Both the position numbers and the translations under genes were made by a program. This document shows, one piece after another, positions 19,376-27,872 of a DNA stretch of 64,000 bases. Source of the DNA: Chloroflexota bacterium (GTDB lineage Bacteria; Chloroflexota; Dehalococcoidia; UBA2979); assembly GCA_027593235.1 (NCBI GenBank), contig JAQCIU010000001.1, forward strand, positions 191,660 through 255,659, read 5' to 3'. A model generated the notes under the pieces. The model searched no databases and was not told the origin of the DNA. It saw only the letters and a program-made list of their open reading frames with translations. Positions within the stretch are counted from its first letter, which is position 1. Each line of letters starts with the position of its first letter.

Positions 19376-20346
19376 TGGCCGAGGCCACTGCACCGATCCT
19401 CGGCAAACCGGAAGGCCGTGCGCTCTCGATTCCAGGGTTGCGCTGGCTGATCTCGTTCTCACGGCGCAAGCCGCTCGGCGGGATCGCACTCGTCATCGTC
19501 GTGTTGCTCGTTGTCACGGCGATCTTTGCCCCGTTCATCGCGCGGTACGACCCTGATTTCATCTTCAAGCGAGAGAACCCCGTCTACGAGGCCAACCCGT
19601 CGTTCGCGCAGCTCGCGGCGAACCCCGACATCGGATCGCCGGTGATCGTCGATTCGTTCGAGACGCCGAATCCGACGCACTGGTTTGGGACTGACAAGGT
19701 TGGTCACGACATCTACGCCCGCGTCGTGCACGGCACGCGACTGTCGCTGATCGTCGGCCTCGGCGCCTCCGCGATCGCGGTCAGCATCGGACTGTTGATC
19801 GGCGTCGTATCAGGCTTCTATCGAGGCTGGTTTGACATCATCATGCAGCGCCTGATCGACGCCCTCCAGGCGTTTCCCGGGCTGGTGTTGCTGCTGCTCT
19901 TGGTGCAGGTCGCCGAGCCGTCCGTGCGGAATACGGTCATAGCGATGGGGGTGATCGGCGTGCCGACGGTGACGAGGATCATCAGATCCTCGACGCTCGT
20001 CGTGCAGAGCACCGACTATGTCGAGGCAGCTCGGTCGATCGGCGCCACCAACAACCGGATCTTGTGGCGCCACATCATCCCCAACATCTTCTCCGTCGTG
20101 TTGATCGCGTTCTCGATCGGCATCGGCGCCTACATCATCTTCGAGGCGACGATCTCCTTCCTCGGAGTTGGCCCGCGTGGCGTCGTCTCCTGGGGAAAGA
20201 TGGTCCAGGAAGGCAGAGGGTCGCTTGACCTCCATCCGTGGTTGACGGTGTTTGCCGGAATGGCGATCGCCATCGTCGTGATCGCGTTCAACTTCCTCGG
20301 TGATGCCGTCCGCGATGTACTCGACCCGCGCCTCCGAGGCCACTAG
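19375..20346 (+). CDS. DppC/OppC-type ABC permease
   Basis: HWFGTDKVGHD, YVEAARSIGA, HIIPN, LGDAVRDVLDPR; 1-nt overlap with preceding stop. Confidence 0.93.
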   Translation: MAEATAPILGKPEGRALSIPGLRWLISFSRRKPLGGIALVIVVLLVVTAIFAPFIARYDPDFIFKRENPVYEANPSFAQLAANPDIGSPVIVDSFETPNPTHWFGTDKVGHDIYARVVHGTRLSLIVGLGASAIAVSIGLLIGVVSGFYRGWFDIIMQRLIDALQAFPGLVLLLLLVQVAEPSVRNTVIAMGVIGVPTVTRIIRSSTLVVQSTDYVEAARSIGATNNRILWRHIIPNIFSVVLIAFSIGIGAYIIFEATISFLGVGPRGVVSWGKMVQEGRGSLDLHPWLTVFAGMAIAIVVIAFNFLGDAVRDVLDPRLRGH

Positions 20347-20471
20347 CCGGAAGAATTACGAGTGATCAGATACAGCACGAGGCCCAGTCAATGACCGGGC
20401 CTCGTGCTCGTTGGCGTCTGGTGACGGCGCGGTCCCGCCGGCGGGACCGCGCCGGCCTCGTTCGGCCTCAG

Positions 20472-21839
20472 CTAGCGCATCGCGTGGCAAACCTCGTAGC
20501 GCCGGCCCGAGCCGCACGGACAAGCGTGGCTCAGCGCGGCCGGAGGAACCGATCGATGAGCGACGTCGGCGGGAGCGGCCGCACGGCGGCGGGTCGGTTC
20601 GGCGCTGCCGCGCCCGACGATTCCCAGCCTAGTCGGACCGGTCGCCTCACCAGTCAGAAGCTCCAGACGACCGCTGGGGATCAGCTCGGGGAACTTGTCC
20701 AGCAGCAGCCCGATACTCTCTTCGGCGACGAGGCGCGCGACCGGCGCGCCCAGGCAATGATGGCTGCCCCAACCGAAGCTCAGGTGGGTGCGGTCGTTCC
20801 GCTGCAGATCGAACCGGTGTGGGTCATCGAAGACCGCCGGGTCGCGATTCGCGGCCGGAACGACGATCTGTAGCTGGTCACCGGCACGGATGGGCCGCCC
20901 ACCCAGTGCAGTGTCCTGGCCCGCGAACCTGCGCAACACGCGGAGCGGCGGCTGGAAGCGTACGGACTCGTCTATGACGTGGGAGAGGAGGGCTGGCTCT
21001 GCGCGCAACGCCTCGAATTGATCGGTGTTCCGCATCAGCGCGAGAATCGCATTGCCGATTGCGAACGCCGTCGGTGCCTGCCCTACCGTCGCGACGAACA
21101 CGAGCGTCGCTGTCAGCTCATCATTGCTGATTCTGCCGTTGGCCCGATCTGCCCGGAGCGAGGCGATGAGGCTTCCGTCACCGACCTGCAGGCCATCGAT
21201 CAGCGAATCGAACTCATCCCGTTGCGTTGCCAGTTCTTCGGCGGACTGGCTCGATTCACCGTGTTGCGCGGCAGCCATCAGCCGGTTCGCGAGGTGCGAG
21301 ACTTCGGCCATGTCGGCCACCTCGACGCCCATCAGCTGCAGCGTCACGGCGAGTGCCAGGGGCCTCGTGTAGCTGGTGATCACGTCCAGTTCGTCGCCAG
21401 ATACCGCTGCCAGCAGCTCCCGTGCAAAACCGCGGGTGGGAGCTCGCATCGCTTCTACCGAGGTCGGCGTGAACGCCCCCGCCAGTGCGCGCCGCAGCCG
21501 TGCGTGGTCCTCGCGATTCGCCGACGAGAGCAGGGTGTCGTACGGGAGCGGTGAATGATCTGCCGCTGCTCGAACCTGCTCGCCAGCGAGGCCGCTGGCA
21601 TTCCGGCCATCCGTCGCGAAGGTCCGGTCATCGCGGAGCACCACTTGCGCGTCAGCGTGGCGAGTGAGCACCCACGATTGCTCAAGGTCGCTCCAGTGCA
21701 CCGGATCTTGCATCCGAAGCTGACGCATGTGGCCGTCTGGATCGGACCAGACCTCGTCGACCGTCGAGTCGAACGGGTCGAGTTCCCCGTGGCCGTCGCT
21801 CGGGGTCGATCCGATTGGCGATTCTCCGTCGGCAGGCAC
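20472..21839 (-). CDS. Cytochrome P450 with C-terminal SEC-C motif
   Basis: ESVR (ExxR), ANRDP..F..P, FGWGSHHCLG heme ligand; tail CPCGSGRRYEVCH. Confidence 0.92.
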   Translation of the reverse strand: MPADGESPIGSTPSDGHGELDPFDSTVDEVWSDPDGHMRQLRMQDPVHWSDLEQSWVLTRHADAQVVLRDDRTFATDGRNASGLAGEQVRAAADHSPLPYDTLLSSANREDHARLRRALAGAFTPTSVEAMRAPTRGFARELLAAVSGDELDVITSYTRPLALAVTLQLMGVEVADMAEVSHLANRLMAAAQHGESSQSAEELATQRDEFDSLIDGLQVGDGSLIASLRADRANGRISNDELTATLVFVATVGQAPTAFAIGNAILALMRNTDQFEALRAEPALLSHVIDESVRFQPPLRVLRRFAGQDTALGGRPIRAGDQLQIVVPAANRDPAVFDDPHRFDLQRNDRTHLSFGWGSHHCLGAPVARLVAEESIGLLLDKFPELIPSGRLELLTGEATGPTRLGIVGRGSAEPTRRRAAAPADVAHRSVPPAALSHACPCGSGRRYEVCHAMR

Positions 21840-21938
21840 GCATCCCCCGTCGATCGTCGCGGTGTCCCGGCGGTTCCCGAGGAGCGCAACATACCTCGAT
21901 TCAGCAAAGCGGCGGGTGCGGTCTCTCGGCGTGCTGAG

Positions 21939-23675
21939 TCAGACAAGGCCGATCGCCTGCCAGAGGCCGGCGCCTGCGAACACCAGCAGCAGCACGCCGA
22001 CTGCGTCCAGCACGATGCCGGCACGGAAGATCTGCGGCGCCGTGAAGAGGTTGGTCGAGTAGGCGATCATCGTCGGCGGCGTGCCGATCACCAGCGCGAA
22101 GTCAATCGAGGAGGCGACGGCGACGGTCACCACCAGCAGTGTCGGATCCAGTTCCAGCACACCGGCCAGCGGCACCGCGATCGGGATCATCATCGCGGCG
22201 CTCGCCGTGTTCGACGCGACCGTGGTCAGCGCCAGCGCGAGCAGCGCGACGGCGCCGAGCGCCAGCAGCGGTGGCACGCCCTCGAGGACCGTCAGGCTGC
22301 CCGCGATCCAGTCGGCGCTACCCGAGTCGACGAGCGCGACCCCCAGCGCGAGTCCGCCGCCGAACGTGAGCAACGAGGCCCAGGAGATGCGCCCGAGGTC
22401 CTCCTGCTTCACGTACCCCAGCACCGCGAGCATCACCGCGCCACCCAGCGCGATGATCCCGGTATCCAGGTCGTGCCAGGTCTGCGTCAGCCACAACCCG
22501 ATCACGCCGCTGAAGACCGCCAACACCGCGAGTTGGTCGCGGGTCGGCCGTCCCGTGGCTGCCAGTTGCGCCGCCGCCACCCGCCGTGCCGCCACGAATT
22601 GCGCGCGCTCGATCCGCACGCCAAAGCGCCACCAGAGGTAGCCCCCCATCACTGGGAGGAACAGCGCCACCATCGGCAGCCCGAAGGCGAACCATTCCAC
22701 GAAGCTGATCTGGCGGTCCGCGAACTCCTCCAGGAACTCAATCGCCAGCGGATTGGCTGGCGTGCCGATCGCGCTGCCGACCCCGCCGATCGTCGCCGCG
22801 TAGGCGATGCCAAGCACGAGGGCGCGTCGGTAGTTCACGCCCGCCGTCCCGCCGAACGGCTCCGTCACCGCGATCGCGATCGGTACCAACACCGCCGCCG
22901 CGGCGGTGTTCGACATCCACATCGAGAGGAACGCCGCGACCGCGATCATCGCTGCGAACAACGTTGCTGGCGTCCGTCCGAACCGCGCGACCAGGTTGAT
23001 CGCCGCCAGCCGATCGAGGCCGACCCGGCGCATCGCCTCTGCCATCAGGAAGCCACCGAAGAACAGCGCGATGATCGGGTGGAAGAACGGTGCGAGTGCG
23101 GTGGTGGCGTCCTGAACGCCGGTCACCGCCAGCACCAGCGGCACGGCGAGCGCGGTCACGAACAGTGGCAACACCTCGGAGACCCACAGCACCACGACCA
23201 GCGCGAGCAGCCCGAGGACCACCGCCGCCTCGACCGGAGGCCGCCGCCCGACGATCAGCGCGCCCGCGGCGGCGTCCCAACGGAGCGCCGGGACCGCTTC
23301 CTCCCGGCCGTCCGCGAGCAGCAGCCGCACCGACACATCCGCCAGTTCCGGCCGCACGCGCTCCTCGCCGCGCTCGACGCCAAGCTGGCCCCGGACCTCG
23401 CGGCCCGGCGACAGCCCCTCCGCTAGCTCCAGTGACACCACCGCGCCGTCGGTCGTCCCGAGGAGCGCCAGCGGCGCGCCATCGAATGCGACTGCCTCGT
23501 CGATCACGGTGCTGCCGAGGTAGGCGACCTGCAGCCGCGCGCCGTCCTCGGGCCACGCGCTCGGCGCGAGTTGCGCGGCGGCGAGCGCCGCCACGACCGC
23601 GAGGATCGCCACGATCCAGCGCGTCGGCCCGCGACCGCGTGCCTCCGGTTCAGTGACTGCTTCGTCCTCGTTCAC
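21939..23675 (-). CDS. SLC13/DASS family anion transporter with N-terminal extra domain
   Basis: LSMWMSNTA, IGTPAN, ASNTASAA and GTPPT motifs. Confidence 0.9.
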   Translation of the reverse strand: MNEDEAVTEPEARGRGPTRWIVAILAVVAALAAAQLAPSAWPEDGARLQVAYLGSTVIDEAVAFDGAPLALLGTTDGAVVSLELAEGLSPGREVRGQLGVERGEERVRPELADVSVRLLLADGREEAVPALRWDAAAGALIVGRRPPVEAAVVLGLLALVVVLWVSEVLPLFVTALAVPLVLAVTGVQDATTALAPFFHPIIALFFGGFLMAEAMRRVGLDRLAAINLVARFGRTPATLFAAMIAVAAFLSMWMSNTAAAAVLVPIAIAVTEPFGGTAGVNYRRALVLGIAYAATIGGVGSAIGTPANPLAIEFLEEFADRQISFVEWFAFGLPMVALFLPVMGGYLWWRFGVRIERAQFVAARRVAAAQLAATGRPTRDQLAVLAVFSGVIGLWLTQTWHDLDTGIIALGGAVMLAVLGYVKQEDLGRISWASLLTFGGGLALGVALVDSGSADWIAGSLTVLEGVPPLLALGAVALLALALTTVASNTASAAMMIPIAVPLAGVLELDPTLLVVTVAVASSIDFALVIGTPPTMIAYSTNLFTAPQIFRAGIVLDAVGVLLLVFAGAGLWQAIGLV

Positions 23676-23734
23676 CCGCGTCGCCTGCCTTCCCGGCTGG
23701 CGACATCATGCACAAAGGTCCGGTGCGGGCGTCG

Positions 23735-24943
23735 CTAGAACCAGCGCTCCGGGTGGTGGCGGTCGGCGACCCGCAGGCCACGCTCGATCGCGCGATCGAC
23801 GATTTGCACGCCGCGTTCGTGACTCAGGTCCAGCGTCCCGATCAGCGTCACGCCCCGGTGCAGTACCCAGAGCTGCGCTAGTTCATACTCCTCGCGCAGC
23901 GTCTCCAGCGGGTAGTCCGTTACGCCGTGCTGGACTAGGCCTGCGTGGTAGCGGACGAGCAGGTCTTCCTCGACCGCGTCGGCTAGATCGGGATCCATGT
24001 TTGGCCGAATGAAGTAGGCCAGGTCCGTCAGCGGGTGGCCTACTGTGATTCCCTGGAAGTCGATCATCCCGGCCGGCGGGTCGCTCCCATCGAAGAACGC
24101 CAGGTTGTCCATCCGGTAATCGCCGTGCAGCAGCGTCAGCGGCCCCTGGCACGTCCGACGCAGCAGCGCCGGCCCGCGCTCCGTGATCGCCTTGAGCACA
24201 TCGCGCGTCTGGCCATCGATCTGATCGCGGAAGCGCGCCTCGAATACCGGCCACGCCCGCTGGTAGAGGCCATGCGCGACGAGCACCGCGTCATCTAGGC
24301 GCGTCAGCCACTTCTCGGAGAGCACTGGACTGTTCCAGAACAACGCGTGGAACTCGGAAAGCATATCGATCGCGTGTTCCGCGTCCGCTTGGTTCGCGCC
24401 GGCCACCTGATCGCCGATCCGCGCATCGCCGAGGTCCTCGATCATCACGATCGCGCGACGATCGGACTTCCCGGCGGCCGCCGCCAGCCGCTCCAACAGC
24501 ATCAGCGTGACGCGATCCGGCAGCACCTCGAGTACCCGCTCCACGATCGCCGAGGCGCGCGCGTTCGGTTCAATCGCGGAGAAGTAGTTGGCGGGCGTAC
24601 GCACCGTCACGCGCGAGGCCAGATCGTTGTAGAAGCGTGCCTCGTTCTCGTAGGCCTTGATCAACAGCCCAAAGCCACGGTTCTGCGGCTTCCGGGTCGG
24701 CACCTTGACCACCGCGGTAGCCGGTCCGGTCCCCGCGTCGTACGACATCCGCACCCGCGCGAGGTCGCCGAGGAAGCCCTCGCCCTCGCCAAGCAGCTCC
24801 CAGCTGAACTCACTCACGCTTGTGCGCTGGTCGATGGTGCCGGTCGAGCGCAGCGCGCTGGTCAGCCACCCCGTACTCAGTTCATCCAGCCAACCGGGCA
24901 TCCTCGAGCGGTCGGCTGCGGAGGGGACCTGCGCCGTTGTCAT
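23735..24943 (-). CDS. Choline/aminoglycoside-kinase-like phosphotransferase (EcKL/DUF1679-like)
   Basis: VVKVP, EARFY, LLHGDYRMDN and IDFQ kinase motifs. Confidence 0.85.
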   Translation of the reverse strand: MTTAQVPSAADRSRMPGWLDELSTGWLTSALRSTGTIDQRTSVSEFSWELLGEGEGFLGDLARVRMSYDAGTGPATAVVKVPTRKPQNRGFGLLIKAYENEARFYNDLASRVTVRTPANYFSAIEPNARASAIVERVLEVLPDRVTLMLLERLAAAAGKSDRRAIVMIEDLGDARIGDQVAGANQADAEHAIDMLSEFHALFWNSPVLSEKWLTRLDDAVLVAHGLYQRAWPVFEARFRDQIDGQTRDVLKAITERGPALLRRTCQGPLTLLHGDYRMDNLAFFDGSDPPAGMIDFQGITVGHPLTDLAYFIRPNMDPDLADAVEEDLLVRYHAGLVQHGVTDYPLETLREEYELAQLWVLHRGVTLIGTLDLSHERGVQIVDRAIERGLRVADRHHPERWF

Positions 24944-25018
24944 CAGCTGGCCTCGCTTTGGCGGAAGGTGGACGCGCAGCCTAACGCATGGCGCACGTGA
25001 TAGGCGTGCCGCCGCACA

Positions 25019-25834
25019 CTAACCCCGGCGCGTGATCACCCACGCTGTCACCAGCCACGAGCCGATCGCCCACACTCCGAGGATCGCGAACGACTCCCAC
25101 AATGGAGCCTCGAGGAGGCCATCGGTGAGGGTGCCGCGCATCACGTTGGCGGCGTGCTCCGCGGGGAGCCACTGGTGCACGGCCTGGAGCCATCCCGGGA
25201 GCCGTTCCGCGGGGAAGGAGATCGGCGAGAAGAGCGTGATTACGAAGATCAGAAGCTGTGTGATCAGGTTCGTGAGCCGCGGATTCGGCAGCGCGTGCGA
25301 GAAGGCGAACCCGATCGCCGACGCGACGGCCACCACCAGCAGTGCCGCCGGGACGACCAGCGGGCTGATCGAAAGCTCGAGGTCGTAGCGCCACGCCGCC
25401 ACGCCGAGGGCCATCACCGCCGAGGGCAACGCGATCACCGACCAGACGCTCAGTCCCGCGAAGTACATCGCCATGCGCGGCACCGGCAGCCCGAAGATGT
25501 AGTCGTACGTGCCATCGATCTTCTGCTGCGCGATGGTCTGCGGAACCATCACGAGCCCCAGTGTCATCATCGGAATCACGGTGGCCCCGGTCGCCAGGTA
25601 GAGCGTTGCCGGGCCGCTCGCGTCGGCGATCAGGAACCCGAAGCCGATCGCCATCCCCGCGCCCAGGAAGACCTGCAACGCGACCATGATCGGGAGCTGC
25701 AACCGCAGGTTAAGCAGCTCCCAGCGGACCATCAGCAAGTACGAACGCAGCCAGTAGCCTGGCCCGGCGCGTAGCTCGTCGCCGACCGCGGTGATGCTGC
25801 CGCGCGGCGCCTCGATCGTTGCGACGTTAGCCAC
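25019..25834 (-). CDS. ABC-2 type exporter permease
   Basis: Six TM segments, FSPISFPAERLPGWLQ; GTG start overlaps the ATPase stop. Confidence 0.87.
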   Translation of the reverse strand: MANVATIEAPRGSITAVGDELRAGPGYWLRSYLLMVRWELLNLRLQLPIMVALQVFLGAGMAIGFGFLIADASGPATLYLATGATVIPMMTLGLVMVPQTIAQQKIDGTYDYIFGLPVPRMAMYFAGLSVWSVIALPSAVMALGVAAWRYDLELSISPLVVPAALLVVAVASAIGFAFSHALPNPRLTNLITQLLIFVITLFSPISFPAERLPGWLQAVHQWLPAEHAANVMRGTLTDGLLEAPLWESFAILGVWAIGSWLVTAWVITRRG

Positions 25835-26846
25835 CGCTGGCCTCCCCTGTGTCCGACCCGTTCGTCGCCTCGTCCTCCCCGGCCGCCGGGCCAACGAGGC
25901 GGACGTAGGTGTCCTCGAGGGAGGTCGCGCCGATCTCGAACTCCTGCACCGCACCGTTCGAGGCAAGGCCGCGGACCCATTCGAGGGCGCGCGGCGCGTC
26001 CGCCTCCGCGAGCGTGGTGAAGGCACGCCGGCCAACCCGGACCGGGTCCGCGAGGTAGGACGGGAACGGCGGCAGGTCAGCCCGCGGCTCCACGGTCACC
26101 TCTAGCCGCAACCGGTCGCGCTCCCCCGCCTTGAGCGACGCGGGCGAACCCTGCGCGACGACGCGGCCGTCGTTGATCACGGCGAGCCGGTCCACCGCGC
26201 GCTCAGCCTCCAGGACGTTGTGGGTCACCAGCAGCACCGCCGACCCACGGTCCGCGAGTTCCCGGATCTCCTGCCACAGCAGGCGCCGGCGCAGCGGGTC
26301 CACGTCGTTGGTCGGTTCGTCCAGGATGACCAGCGGGCTTGGCGTCACGGCTGCCATCATGAATCCGACGAGGCGCTTCACGCCGCCGGAGAGGCGAGCG
26401 CCCATCTCCCGCTCCCAGCGCTGCAATTCCAGCAGGGCGAACAGTTCGTCGGTGCGGCGTCGGACATCCACCGCGCTGCCGCCGTGGATGCGCGCCACCA
26501 GTTCGACGGCTTCGCGCGCGCGCAGCGACTCGATCGGCAGCTCGCCCTGTGGCAGGTACGCCGTGAGTTGGCGCGCGGCCTCGGGACGGGCGATCAGGTC
26601 GACGTCGCCGAGGTGGATCGCGCCGCCCGTCGGCAGCAGCAGGCCCATCACCTGACTGACCAGCGTCGTCTTGCCCGCGCCGTTCGGACCCAGCAGCCCG
26701 AACACCTCGCCCGGTTCGACCGTGATCGAGATGTCGTCGTTGGCGCGGGTGCCGCCGGAATACACCTTCTCCAGATGCTCGATCCGCAACGCCGCGTTCC
26801 AGCGGCGGGGAGTGTTGGCTGGAGTCGGTGAGAGCTGTGCGGTCAT
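25827..26846 (-). CDS. ABC-2 type exporter ATP-binding protein
   Basis: GPNGAGKTT, LSGG, ILDEPT and VTH motifs; RBS before MTAQ. Confidence 0.92.
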   Translation of the reverse strand: MTAQLSPTPANTPRRWNAALRIEHLEKVYSGGTRANDDISITVEPGEVFGLLGPNGAGKTTLVSQVMGLLLPTGGAIHLGDVDLIARPEAARQLTAYLPQGELPIESLRAREAVELVARIHGGSAVDVRRRTDELFALLELQRWEREMGARLSGGVKRLVGFMMAAVTPSPLVILDEPTNDVDPLRRRLLWQEIRELADRGSAVLLVTHNVLEAERAVDRLAVINDGRVVAQGSPASLKAGERDRLRLEVTVEPRADLPPFPSYLADPVRVGRRAFTTLAEADAPRALEWVRGLASNGAVQEFEIGATSLEDTYVRLVGPAAGEDEATNGSDTGEASGG

Positions 26847-26860
26847 TCCTCTTCCAACCC

Positions 26861-26923
26861 TGACATAAGTCATATCGATGTCATTGCGATGGCACTATGA
26901 CCTCAAATATGAGGTCGTGTCAA
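26861..26923 (-). promoter_or_regulatory. sigma70-type promoter of the ABC-2 operon with two dyads
   Basis: Minus strand TTGACA (26918-26923), 18 nt, CATAGT (26894-26899); GACCTCA-N4-TGAGGTC in the spacer; TGACAT-N11-ATGTCA at 26861-26883. Confidence 0.65.
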
Positions 26924-27009
26924 GCCCGCGTGAGATCCGGGCTGTCCGTTCGATCTGGGGGCCAGCGGGCGATCGGGCATGATGCGGGGGAGACGAAGGG
27001 AGCGGTCCA

Positions 27010-27867
27010 ATGTCTGACCTCAGCGCCACATTCCGCCTCGGCGGATTGCACGTCGCCGCGCTCTCGGACGGGCTCGGTGAGCAGCGCCCCGCCGACTGGT
27101 TCGCGGGCGTCCCGGCCACCGAATGGATGGCCGCGCTCGCCCTCATCGAGGAGCCGGCGACGCTCCCGGTCAACTTCGGCTCATTCCTCGTTCGTGGAGG
27201 TGGCCACACCGTCTTGATCGACACCGGCAATGGTCCGCGCACACGCGGACAGCACCCCGGCGCGGCCGGCCTCCCGGACCGCATCGCCGAGCTGGGCGTC
27301 GCGCCCGAGGAGATCGACCTGGTCCTGCTGACCCACTTCCACGGCGACCACGTCGGCTGGAACCTCCACGAGGACGGCGAGACCGTCACCCTTCCGAACG
27401 CGCGCTACTACCTGAACGAAGCGGATCTCGCCTACCTGCGAGACCCGGCAACGCCGGGCACGGCGGGAACCGAGTTCTCACGTACGCGGGTGGAACCGCT
27501 GGTCGCCGCGGATCGAATGGAGATCTTCACCGGAGAGTTTTCGCCCGCTCCCGGCATCGTCATGGTGCCGACGCCGGGCCACACGCCCGGCCACTGTTCC
27601 GTGCTGATCGAGTCGCGGGGCGAACGCCTCTTCGTCGTCGGCGACGCCGCTCCCAGCGTCACCCACCTCGAACACCCCGAATGGACGCCGGTCTTCGACC
27701 TTGATCCCGCGCGTTCCTCGGAGTCGCGCCGCGCACTGGCCGATCGGGCGATCCGCGAGGAGGCGCTGCTGACGGGCGGGCACTTCCCGATCCTCACGGT
27801 CGGCCACCTCGAGAGTGCCGGTGATGGTTACCGCTGGTCGGACGTAGCGGTGGAGCGGGTGGGGTAG
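27010..27867 (+). CDS. MBL-fold metallo-hydrolase
   Basis: LIDTG, THFHGDHVG, PGHTPGH, GD and GGHFP. Confidence 0.92.
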   Translation: MSDLSATFRLGGLHVAALSDGLGEQRPADWFAGVPATEWMAALALIEEPATLPVNFGSFLVRGGGHTVLIDTGNGPRTRGQHPGAAGLPDRIAELGVAPEEIDLVLLTHFHGDHVGWNLHEDGETVTLPNARYYLNEADLAYLRDPATPGTAGTEFSRTRVEPLVAADRMEIFTGEFSPAPGIVMVPTPGHTPGHCSVLIESRGERLFVVGDAAPSVTHLEHPEWTPVFDLDPARSSESRRALADRAIREEALLTGGHFPILTVGHLESAGDGYRWSDVAVERVG

Positions 27868-27872
27868 CGGCT

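Noticed and set aside
26899-26916. SoxR/MerR-activated promoter
   Set aside because: Spacer is 18 bp rather than 19-20, and the dyad spacing differs from the SoxR box.
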